Made by a program: the position numbers and the translations under genes
Part shown: one piece after another, positions 28,930-37,606 of the stretch
How the letters are laid out: the number at the start of each line of letters is the position of its first letter
Position numbering within the stretch: the stretch's first letter is position 1
Notes under the pieces: model-generated
The model's database searches: none
The model's input: only the letters and a program-made list of their open reading frames with translations
Told to the model about the DNA's origin: nothing
Origin: Candidatus Melainabacteria bacterium 17Bon1m
Lineage (GTDB): Bacteria > Cyanobacteriota > Vampirovibrionia > Obscuribacterales > Obscuribacteraceae
NCBI GenBank assembly: GCA_032128875.1
Contig: JAVLKG010000001.1
Span: forward strand, 1,090,443-1,154,442
DNA length: 64,000 nt
Reading direction: 5' to 3'

Positions 28930-29643
28930 CTAAGGTAAATAATAAACCGAAAGGAGAAAACACATCACAGGTTGGCTAAGCTTCAGCTTTTTCGCCCGAT
29001 CGGAGGCTTTGTCTGTTTCAGCTTTGGCCTCTTCTTTAGGAACAGCGATAACTACGTGCGAGACGCCCATGACTCGCTCGTAAGCTTCGATATTGCGGAC
29101 AAATTGCACCATTGAAGCGTAATTGCCTGTCACATAGACTTCTTTGTCAATTTGCTTGAGCCCTAATTCGCTGCCTACATCTGCCGGTTTTGAGGCGAGC
29201 GGCGCGGGGGCGGCTGGTTTTGTTTCTTTAGGCTTCGGTTTTGCTTGCTTGCCTTTCAGATCTTCAAGCATCTCAACCATTTCTTTGCGAGACTCTTTTA
29301 CATCTTCCGTGCCCGGTGTTTCAAATCCGATCAAGTCAACGTTGGCTTGTTTAGCCAATCTTTCTAAATCAATCAAAAGCAAATCAACGTTTGCTTCTTT
29401 AGGAACTGCGTTGCGCAATGAAGCAATATCCGCGACAAGAGCTTGTTTTTCTCTATCTATTCGAAGCTTCTCTTTTAGCTTCAAATCGAGCTGCTCTTTT
29501 TGCTGCCTGTGCTGTGTGAGGTCAACCATTTTTGCAGACTCTTCATTTATGCACGGGTAAACGAGCATAGCAAAAACCAGGATGGCAAGCCCATAAATGA
29601 CAGCGAGAGCACCGTACTGAAATCTAGTGAGCATTGTTTTCAC
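28930..29643 (-). CDS. pilO: Type IV pilus alignment protein PilO
   Basis: TM, coiled coil, 'VPKEANVDLLLIDL', 'VTGNYASMVQFVRNIEAYERVM'. Confidence 0.85.
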   Translation of the reverse strand: MKTMLTRFQYGALAVIYGLAILVFAMLVYPCINEESAKMVDLTQHRQQKEQLDLKLKEKLRIDREKQALVADIASLRNAVPKEANVDLLLIDLERLAKQANVDLIGFETPGTEDVKESRKEMVEMLEDLKGKQAKPKPKETKPAAPAPLASKPADVGSELGLKQIDKEVYVTGNYASMVQFVRNIEAYERVMGVSHVVIAVPKEEAKAETDKASDRAKKLKLSQPVMCFLLSVYYLP

Positions 29644-31438
29644 CGCCCGCTAGTTCAGCAATTTTTTGACTTTTGATTGATTGACTGCCGGTTTTTACCG
29701 GTTGTGACATCGTATTTGATTGTGGTTGGTTCGGTGTAGTCGAAGTAGATGCAGGTGCTTCAGAAAGTTTTGCTGATATTGAAAAATCCAAACGTTCTGG
29801 AGTCTTTTCCTGCCGTGTCACCCAGTCCACCTGAGAATCTTGGAGAAAGACAGAACCACCCATATTGATCGCGAGATTTGAAACACTATTGAAGTCGATG
29901 GCAATACCTTCGACCTTCATTTCTTTTCCGCGTAAAGTAATTCTGTCAATTTGAACGCCTTTCGGAGTGTCGATTGTCAATTCAGAAAGCAGAGCAGACC
30001 AGCGATTATGTTTTTTCAAAAGAGCGTCCAGCACTCGTTTTCTGGCGCTTAAAATCGTATTCTCCTGGCGCGTGTTCGCCATCGATTTTATTTGCTGATT
30101 GCCCAACATAATTTCATTAGAGAGCGTTTCGATCTCTTGCTCTTTTTGAGGCAAATCGACATAGCGCATGATTCCATATGCAGCTAGCCCGAGAGCCAGC
30201 AAGGCAATTCCTGCAATCAATACTGGTTTTTGCCAAGCAGGAGGACCTATTGAGAGATCCTTCGTCATTGTCTGTGTGGCACGCTCATCAAAGAGCAGTG
30301 GCACGCGACCTTCTTTATTTAAATCGAGGTCGACCGTGTATGAAGGATTCCACGTTGGTTCAATGGACGAACCAATAAGGGCGGCAAGAATTGGGCGCAT
30401 GCGATCGACGATTTCTGTTTCGTCATGCCTGATGTCTCGCATCGGATCGCTAATTACCGTGCGCACATTCAATTTATTCGAGAAGAATTGATCAAGCCCG
30501 GGCACCATGCAACCCGGACCGGCAAGGATAATCTGGTCCATCTTCACGTCGCCGACTTGCGAGCGATAAAATTCCAGTGACTTGGAAAGCTCGTCGGATA
30601 TGTCACTAAATATGGTGCGAGCTACTTGAGCCGCTTGTCCCATTTTGGGATCGGTTGGATTCGGATTGAAGATCGAAATCTCCGGCAACATGTCGAGTGC
30701 TTGATCGAATGGCATGTCCAGGCTTCGTGAGACAGCCTCGGTCATGGCTTCGACACCTAGCATTACGGAGCGCCCAAAGAGAGGCATGCAACTGCGGACG
30801 ATGTTGATGTCGGTTGCGTCTTGCCGCATGTTTACTATCATCGAAAGATGCCCGGATGACCCGAGATATCCGGACAACGCCATGCTTCGAATGACCGCAA
30901 GAGATGATACTTCGACCCGACCGAGTTTTGCTCCGGCAGCGTCAGCCATACGCCAATAAGCTTCGACGATGCTGCGCTGGATTGCTGCAAGAATGACATC
31001 GACTCGTCTGACGCCATCGAAGTCTGTTCGCTCCGTCGCCGGCATTACAGCCCAGTCCAGGTTGGCGTCGGCAATTGGAAATGGAACGTGATTGGTCGCT
31101 TCCTGGGTGACGACGTCTGCCAGCTCGTCCTCCGGCATACCTACAGGAACCGGCATCAGACGAATTACCACAGCTTGAGCCGGAACGACGATGTTAAGAA
31201 CCGGCGTTTGCCCGGATGGAGGCACACCGGCTTCATTCATCAGGTCGATGACGACTTCGCCGATTAATTCAGGTTCGGCAACTACACCTTCCCTTACCGA
31301 GTTAGCCGGCGTAGGCTGGCAAGCAAAACGAGCCACTTCGATTCCGGCGCGGGTTTTTTCCAGCTGCAAAAGAGTAATGCTGTCGCTGTTTATGTCCAGC
31401 CCCAGCGTCGGTCCTTTGCGTTTTCCAAAACCGAACAT
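29624..31438 (-). CDS. pilM: PilM-PilN fusion protein
   Basis: PilM actin-like part ('LGLDINSDSI', 'EATNHVPF', 'SLEFYRSQ', 'ILAGPG') in frame with TM, coiled coil and PilN-like 'WSALLSELTIDTPKGVQIDRI...VEGIA'. Confidence 0.88.
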   Translation of the reverse strand: MFGFGKRKGPTLGLDINSDSITLLQLEKTRAGIEVARFACQPTPANSVREGVVAEPELIGEVVIDLMNEAGVPPSGQTPVLNIVVPAQAVVIRLMPVPVGMPEDELADVVTQEATNHVPFPIADANLDWAVMPATERTDFDGVRRVDVILAAIQRSIVEAYWRMADAAGAKLGRVEVSSLAVIRSMALSGYLGSSGHLSMIVNMRQDATDINIVRSCMPLFGRSVMLGVEAMTEAVSRSLDMPFDQALDMLPEISIFNPNPTDPKMGQAAQVARTIFSDISDELSKSLEFYRSQVGDVKMDQIILAGPGCMVPGLDQFFSNKLNVRTVISDPMRDIRHDETEIVDRMRPILAALIGSSIEPTWNPSYTVDLDLNKEGRVPLLFDERATQTMTKDLSIGPPAWQKPVLIAGIALLALGLAAYGIMRYVDLPQKEQEIETLSNEIMLGNQQIKSMANTRQENTILSARKRVLDALLKKHNRWSALLSELTIDTPKGVQIDRITLRGKEMKVEGIAIDFNSVSNLAINMGGSVFLQDSQVDWVTRQEKTPERLDFSISAKLSEAPASTSTTPNQPQSNTMSQPVKTGSQSIKSQKIAELAGGENNAH

Positions 31439-31541
31439 TATTCAAATCCGCATTCAGATTTACAGGTCCACATGTTCAAGTTTAGTCCAAAATCGGCCTT
31501 ATATAGATGCTTTAATGAGATCTGGCTGACTTGCCCCTGGC

Positions 31542-32615
31542 TCACATTCTTTCGGCCGGGAAAATCGAGTGTGGCATTATGAACATCGAGACTCCAGCGG
31601 CCATCGCCAATGCTGGACCGAACGGGAAGGGTTTGGAAACTCTTTTGCCGGTCCAGATATAAGCGAAAACACCGGATGCGATGGCAAATATTGCTATTGA
31701 TACGCCCCACTGAACTTCCCAAATAGACTGGCTGCTTACCTGCGCCAAAACGGAGAACATAGCGGTGCCGACAACGGCCGCGACACCAAACCAAATGAGC
31801 CCCCACTTGAGGCAATGTCTAAATATGCCTGCCTTCTTCATCTCTCGGGTCAGATAAACTCCACCCAGGAGTGCACCAAGGATGAAACCAAGCATAACCG
31901 CAACTATTAAGCGCTCCCAGCCAAGCCAAGCAGAAACCAGAGCAGCCAGCACGGCATCGCCGCCGCCCATCACTTCGAATTCTTCTTCCTCTTTTGCTGG
32001 CCCTACTTCAAACACTGCGTCGATTTCTTCATCGCCCTCTTCTTCCTCCGGCGTCTCTTTTGATTCGGGGTGCAGATACGGATAAAGTACGAGTCCATAG
32101 AAAGCAATGAAGTCAAAGAGGATATAGCTGCCGCCGATACCGGCCATGGTGCCAACTAGATCGTTGCGAACCAAACCGCTGAACATAATTCCAAGAAGAA
32201 TGGAAGGATAAGTAATCTCGTGCGGGATGAGCTTCTCGCGGAAGTCCGTGACGGTTACAGCAATCAGCACCGAGGAGAAATAGAGCATGCCGAAGCCTTC
32301 AGGCGTCAGGCCAAACCGCCAGATAACAACCATGAACCAGAGGGCAGTAAATAGTTCAACAACCGGATATTGCCATGAGATTTTTTTCTTGCAGTGCTTG
32401 CATCTTCCGCCGATCAAAAAATAAGAAGCGATCGGAATGAGCTCGAAGGGTCCCAATCTCTTGTCGCAATCGGGACACGAAGACGGCGGCCAGAACACGT
32501 TTTTCTCAGCCAACGATCGAATTGCCAGTACATTGAGAAAGCTGCCGACACACGCACCCACAACAAATGTGAGCGAGTAGAGCGCTGCCGGTGAATCTGC
32601 GATAGATATGCTCAT
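31542..32615 (-). CDS. pilD: Prepilin peptidase/N-methyltransferase
   Basis: 'GSFLNV', CPDC and CKHC zinc motifs, catalytic 'VTD' and 'MGGGD', 'PFPFGPAL'. Confidence 0.93.
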   Translation of the reverse strand: MSISIADSPAALYSLTFVVGACVGSFLNVLAIRSLAEKNVFWPPSSCPDCDKRLGPFELIPIASYFLIGGRCKHCKKKISWQYPVVELFTALWFMVVIWRFGLTPEGFGMLYFSSVLIAVTVTDFREKLIPHEITYPSILLGIMFSGLVRNDLVGTMAGIGGSYILFDFIAFYGLVLYPYLHPESKETPEEEEGDEEIDAVFEVGPAKEEEEFEVMGGGDAVLAALVSAWLGWERLIVAVMLGFILGALLGGVYLTREMKKAGIFRHCLKWGLIWFGVAAVVGTAMFSVLAQVSSQSIWEVQWGVSIAIFAIASGVFAYIWTGKRVSKPFPFGPALAMAAGVSMFIMPHSIFPAERM

Positions 32616-33433
32616 GTGAATTCTTTTCTTTCTGTCACTATAGCTGCTAAAACCAGCAGCATGAGGACATAGGCAAGCACATAAGTGATGAGGTAGGTCA
32701 GTACCTCAGTCCCTGGAACTGTCCCATACAAAAGATGCCCGCGAATTCTGGTCAAGCCGGCAAAATCGGGAAGACAATAAAAAACTATGCTGAGGCATTG
32801 CGCAAGAAATGGATTTTGAGAAAGTTTGCCCAATTCCAAAAGAGACTCTCCCAGATGTCCTGCAAGCCAGATTGCCAGGGTGAAAAGCACGCTCATGACC
32901 GGGGTTGAGAACGTCGAAAAAAACGTAGCCAGGGCGGTTACGAATAATAGTTCTAGGTAAATAAGCGACAGTTCTTGAGTAATTTCTCTAAGCTGATCAA
33001 AGAAAGAAGCGCCTCCAAAACCGCTGCCAACCGAAGCAACAATTATGGAGAGAAACGCTCCCATCGCCGCTACCATGACCAGAACGCAGAGGCAAAGACC
33101 GATATATTTCCCCAGCACAAACTGCCATCCGCTCACAGGCTTCGTGAAAATGATGTAGATGGTGCGTCTCTCGAGTTCTTTATAAACAAGATTGGTGCCT
33201 GCAAAAACTGCGATGATGCCACCAATTAGAGAAATTGCCGCAAGCCCGATGTCCTTAAGGATGCGAATATCCTGACCTACGGATAGCGAACCGAGAATTA
33301 TGCCGAGTACGGTGACAATCGCGGCGAAAAGAATCAACGCGTAAATAATGCGGTCGCGAACTGTCTCACGAAAAGTGTTCAGCGCTATCGCTATGACCGC
33401 ATCGACGGAATTGTTGCGGCTGTTCTCGCTCAT
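32612..33433 (-). CDS. ABC-2-type permease (PilI-like)
   Basis: 'IALNTFRETVRDR', 'KELERRTIYIIFTKPV...LGKYIG'; ATGA-coupled to the ATPase gene. Confidence 0.85.
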   Translation of the reverse strand: MSENSRNNSVDAVIAIALNTFRETVRDRIIYALILFAAIVTVLGIILGSLSVGQDIRILKDIGLAAISLIGGIIAVFAGTNLVYKELERRTIYIIFTKPVSGWQFVLGKYIGLCLCVLVMVAAMGAFLSIIVASVGSGFGGASFFDQLREITQELSLIYLELLFVTALATFFSTFSTPVMSVLFTLAIWLAGHLGESLLELGKLSQNPFLAQCLSIVFYCLPDFAGLTRIRGHLLYGTVPGTEVLTYLITYVLAYVLMLLVLAAIVTERKEFT

Positions 33434-34230
33434 GAGACAGCCTCCTTCGATTGAGTTCCGGCAGCTGCCGCCGCGCCGCTGTCCGCTTCGGCTTTTGCAA
33501 TTACCTCGAGGAAGAAATCTTCCAGGTCTTTGTAATTACCCTGCCCCGAAATGTTCTTCACTTTCTCCTGCACCACCATGCGCCCCTTGAACATGACGCC
33601 GACCCGGTCGCAGACCTCGTTGACGTCCGGCAGCAGATGGGAGTTGAAAAATATAGTGGTGCCTTTTTCTTTTAGAGAAAGAAGAATTTGGCGTACATCT
33701 CGGCGCCCGATCGGATCGAGACCGGACATAGGCTCGTCCCAGAAGACCAGTTCCGGGTTATTGATCAAAGACTGCGCGATGCCCAGCCTTTGCAGCATTC
33801 CTTTGGAATACTTACGCATCTGCATGTCTGCCGCTTCACTCAGTCCGACTGTCTTTATCAGTTCGCCGGCGCGCTCTCGCCTTTGTTTTGATTCGATACC
33901 GAACAATTGACCGGCAAAATCGAGAAATTCCCTGCCGGTCAAATGTGAGTAGAAGTATGGGTTTTCAGGCAAATAGCCGAGTTTTGCCAGTGCGCGTTTG
34001 TCGCCTGCGGGCATGCCAAGAATCTCTGCTTTCCCTTCCGTGGGCCGCATCAGTCCTAGCATCAGTTTTATGGATGTAGTTTTGCCCGCCCCGTTCGGTC
34101 CGATCAGACCAAACGTTTCGCCTCTGGTTACGCTCAAATCCAGCCCGCTTAGAATACGGACTTTGCGGCGTAAAAGACTGCTGGTTAGCTCTTTAGATAA
34201 GTTGGTCGTTTGGATGACAACATCCGACAT
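33430..34230 (-). CDS. ABC transporter ATP-binding protein (PilH-like)
   Basis: GPNGAGKT, 'YSKGMLQRLG', 'DEPMSGLDP'. Confidence 0.92.
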   Translation of the reverse strand: MSDVVIQTTNLSKELTSSLLRRKVRILSGLDLSVTRGETFGLIGPNGAGKTTSIKLMLGLMRPTEGKAEILGMPAGDKRALAKLGYLPENPYFYSHLTGREFLDFAGQLFGIESKQRRERAGELIKTVGLSEAADMQMRKYSKGMLQRLGIAQSLINNPELVFWDEPMSGLDPIGRRDVRQILLSLKEKGTTIFFNSHLLPDVNEVCDRVGVMFKGRMVVQEKVKNISGQGNYKDLEDFFLEVIAKAEADSGAAAAAGTQSKEAVS

Positions 34231-34233
34231 CGA

Positions 34234-35115
34234 CTAACTGCCTTTCTGACCACCAGTCTTTCTGTTCTGCGTGATGATCTTATGGAGTTCGGCAGTTGCT
34301 GCTCTCAGTCGGCGAGAGACTTGCATCTGCGAAATTCCCAAGCGGCGCGCTACTTCTGTTTGGCTCAAATCTTCGTAGAAAGTCAGCTGCACGACTTCGC
34401 GCAGACCATCTCTCAACTGTTTGATTGCCTCAGCCAACATGAAGCGGTCTTCTTTCGCCATCTGATTTGTTTGGTATTTGCCATCCACCAGAGTGTCGAT
34501 GAGCGACTGCTCGGAGCCTGCATCGTTGGACAGCGCTTGGTCCAGAGAGATCAAAGTGCGTCTGCGATCGACTTCGTATGCTTCATTGACGCGGCTGACT
34601 GGAATTTCCAGTTCATGCGCGATTTCAACGTCTGAAGGCTCGCGGCCAAGACGTGCAGTAAGACTTTGCACCAGTCTATTGATGCGGAAGGACAACTCCT
34701 GCAATTCGCGCGGTGCACGAATCATGGCAGTCTTGTCTCTCAGATAATGTCGAATTTCGCCAGTAATCAAGTGTGTGGCGTAAGTTTGGAACTTGGCGCC
34801 GGCATCGGGCTTGAACTGGTCGACTGCCTTGATGAGCCCGATAGAGCCCACCTGGATCAGATCTTCGACAGGGTCGGTCGAGCGTCGCGCCAGACCGTAG
34901 GCAATTCTTTTCACAAGCGGTAAGGACGCTTGGATGATCGAGTCACGCATGGCCGGATCGCGAGATTCAGAATACACAGATAGCCAGTGGTGAATCTGGT
35001 CTGTACCTTTTCCTGTTGCGTCCATTTTGGCCGTTGTGCCGCTCGATATAGATGATGACTTTGATACGTACAAGCTTTTGCTCACTTGATATATTTTCAC
35101 AGACCCGCCAGACAT
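34234..35115 (-). CDS. sigF: SigB/SigF/SigG-family RNA polymerase sigma factor
   Basis: 'EDLIQVGSIGLIKAVDQF', 'ITGEIRHYLRD', 'SQTEVARRLGISQMQVSRRL'. Confidence 0.9.
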   Translation of the reverse strand: MSGGSVKIYQVSKSLYVSKSSSISSGTTAKMDATGKGTDQIHHWLSVYSESRDPAMRDSIIQASLPLVKRIAYGLARRSTDPVEDLIQVGSIGLIKAVDQFKPDAGAKFQTYATHLITGEIRHYLRDKTAMIRAPRELQELSFRINRLVQSLTARLGREPSDVEIAHELEIPVSRVNEAYEVDRRRTLISLDQALSNDAGSEQSLIDTLVDGKYQTNQMAKEDRFMLAEAIKQLRDGLREVVQLTFYEDLSQTEVARRLGISQMQVSRRLRAATAELHKIITQNRKTGGQKGS

Positions 35116-35182
35116 ATTGTAGAACCCTAAGGCAGATTAGCAAACAAAAAGATTAATCGCCAGTGCTTGGAAATATGAATTG

Positions 35183-36415
35183 CTATCTAAGTTGTTCGAT
35201 TACGGTGAAAATCGGCAGATACATACCCACGACAACTGACCCGACAATTCCCCCAATCCCAACAACCATGATGGGTTCGAGCAACGAGGTCAGTGACTCG
35301 ACAGAGTTGTCCACTTCCATATCGTAAAATTCGGCGACTTTGGTCAACATCTCGTCCAAATTCCCAGTTTCTTCTCCAACCGCCACCATTTGAGTGACCA
35401 TGGCCGGAAAGAGGGAAATTCTTGCCATCGGTTTGGAGATGGACCCGCCCTGTCTTACCTCGTTGTAGATTTTCTCCACCGAACGGGCAATGCTGGCGTT
35501 TCCGGCGGTGTCTTTGACCACGTCAAGAGCAGATAGCATTGGTACCCCGGCTTTGATTAGCGTGCCGAAGGTGCGGCAAAAGCGGGCTATTGCAACCTTT
35601 CTTGATAAATCGCCGAAGAGTGGAAGCGATAGAAAGATGCCGTCTATGTGCTCGCGCCCCTTTTCCGTCCGGTAATAACGCCGGACAAAATAGAGAGAGA
35701 CAAGGACGCATACAACGAAAAGCGCCATCCAAATAGAGCGCATGTATTCCGACAGGCTCATCAAAAATCTTGTGTAAGCCGGCAGTTCTGACCCTATGTT
35801 TTTGAAGAGTCCTTCAAAAATAGGCAAAATAAAGGTCAGCATCACCCAGAAAACAAGAACGGCAATTGCCAACACTACCGAAGGGTAAACCATTGCTGAG
35901 CGCACTTTTTGGTTGAGCTTCTGGCGAGCCTCCAGAAAGTCGGCAAGACGGGTCAAGACCTCCGCCAGAAATCCGCCTGCTTCTCCTGCTCGGACCATAG
36001 ACACATATAGCTTGTCGAAAACCCCGTGCTGCCGCACCAGTGCGTCCGAAAGCGACAGCCCCGACTCTACCGAGCGCCGCACTTCTTCCAGGCAAGACTT
36101 CAATTTCCTGTTCTTGCACTGCTCGACAATAATAGAAAGAGTCCTCAAAAGAGGCACCCCGGCGCTAATCATGGCGGCAAATTGGCGGCTGAAGACAACC
36201 ATGTCCTTAAGCCCGATTGGCTCCAGCTTTGCCACTGCAGCATCAAGCTCGGCAATCATAGGAATTTGCATGAGCGAAAAGCCGCGCTCTTTTATTTCGA
36301 TCACTTCATAGCCGCGTGCTGAAAGGCGGGCTTGAAGCAGTTGAGCGTTTTCAGCCTTAGCTGAAGACTCCCGGATCGCTCCGCTCATATCTTTTACTTT
36401 ATAGACAAAGTCCAT
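35183..36415 (-). CDS. pilC: Type IV pilus platform protein PilC (GspF family)
   Basis: 'FSRQFAAMISAGVPL', 'AGEAGG', 'SAMVYP', 'VGEETGNLDEML', 'LEP'. Confidence 0.95.
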   Translation of the reverse strand: MDFVYKVKDMSGAIRESSAKAENAQLLQARLSARGYEVIEIKERGFSLMQIPMIAELDAAVAKLEPIGLKDMVVFSRQFAAMISAGVPLLRTLSIIVEQCKNRKLKSCLEEVRRSVESGLSLSDALVRQHGVFDKLYVSMVRAGEAGGFLAEVLTRLADFLEARQKLNQKVRSAMVYPSVVLAIAVLVFWVMLTFILPIFEGLFKNIGSELPAYTRFLMSLSEYMRSIWMALFVVCVLVSLYFVRRYYRTEKGREHIDGIFLSLPLFGDLSRKVAIARFCRTFGTLIKAGVPMLSALDVVKDTAGNASIARSVEKIYNEVRQGGSISKPMARISLFPAMVTQMVAVGEETGNLDEMLTKVAEFYDMEVDNSVESLTSLLEPIMVVGIGGIVGSVVVGMYLPIFTVIEQLR

Positions 36416-36440
36416 TTCGCCCTTCAGCCAAATTCATGAC

Positions 36441-37592
36441 CTAACCGAAACTACCATAGCCGAATCCCTGGCTTCCGCCGGCTCCGGTTCTTGTCGGGGC
36501 TTTCGACGCGGACGCCAGCAACTGTTCCAATTCGTCGGGTCTGGATGTTTTGGCCAGAGCATCTGCCGCGCTGATTGCATTCTGTTTCACCAGTGCTGCC
36601 AGGGCTGCTTCCAAAGTTTGCATCCCGAGATTGCCGCCCATTTGAATGGATGAGTAAATTTGAGCTGTTTTCGATTCTCGAATCAGGTTGGAGATAGCTG
36701 CAGTATTGATAAGTACTTCTGCTGCAAGCACCCGGCCTTTTGTGACTGGGCTGCCGCCCGCTGATTCCTGCATACGTGGCAATAAGGTTTGGCTGACAAT
36801 TGCCACCAAGCCGTTCGATAACATGATGCGAATCTGTTGTTGTTGGCCCGGGGGAAACGCGTCGATAATGCGATCGATGGTTTGTGGTGCAGAGCTCGTG
36901 TGCACTGTGCCAAACACAAGGTGACCGGTTTCTGCTGCCGTAAGCGCCAGGTGGATAGTTTCCAAATCCCGCATTTCACCCACTAAGATGACGTCAGGAT
37001 CTTCTCTAAGCGCAGAGCGAAGTGCGTTGGAAAAACTTCTTGTGTCCGCTCCCAGTTCTCTTTGAGAAACAACCGATTTCTTGCTCGAGTGCAAGAACTC
37101 AATCGGATCTTCAATCGTGAGAATGTGTTCGGAACGATTTTCATTTATATAGTCGATCATCGAGGCAAGTGTCGTCGACTTGCCGGAGCCGGTCGGACCA
37201 GTGATAAGAATCAGTCCGCGTGGCTTTTGCGTAATTTCCTTGCAGATATTCGGCAGGCACAGGTCGGCAAGCGACGGTATTGAGGATGGTACTACGCGAA
37301 ATGCTGCCGCATAATTGCCACGTTCTTTAAATACATTGATACGAAATCGCCCAACTCCATCAATCCCAAAACTCGCATCCAATTCCAGATTGGTTTCCAA
37401 AAGGTGTCGCTGCTCAGGCGTCAAAACCTCAAAGACCAGTCTCTCTACATCGGACTGCGAAAGGGTGGGAAGTTGGCTGCGCAAGAGCTTTCCAGACACA
37501 CGTATGACAGGGGGCTGCCCGACTTTCAAATGCAAATCCGATGCCGACCGGTCCTGAACCAGTTGGAGAATTTCCTGCATCTCAATTTGCAT
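36441..37592 (-). CDS. pilT: Type IV pilus retraction ATPase PilT
   Basis: GPTGSGKS, 'TIEDPIE', 'LREDPDVILVGEMRD', 'AISNLIRE' variant of AIRNLIRE. Confidence 0.95.
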   Translation of the reverse strand: MQIEMQEILQLVQDRSASDLHLKVGQPPVIRVSGKLLRSQLPTLSQSDVERLVFEVLTPEQRHLLETNLELDASFGIDGVGRFRINVFKERGNYAAAFRVVPSSIPSLADLCLPNICKEITQKPRGLILITGPTGSGKSTTLASMIDYINENRSEHILTIEDPIEFLHSSKKSVVSQRELGADTRSFSNALRSALREDPDVILVGEMRDLETIHLALTAAETGHLVFGTVHTSSAPQTIDRIIDAFPPGQQQQIRIMLSNGLVAIVSQTLLPRMQESAGGSPVTKGRVLAAEVLINTAAISNLIRESKTAQIYSSIQMGGNLGMQTLEAALAALVKQNAISAADALAKTSRPDELEQLLASASKAPTRTGAGGSQGFGYGSFG

Positions 37593-37606
37593 ATCTGCCC
37601 CCTACG

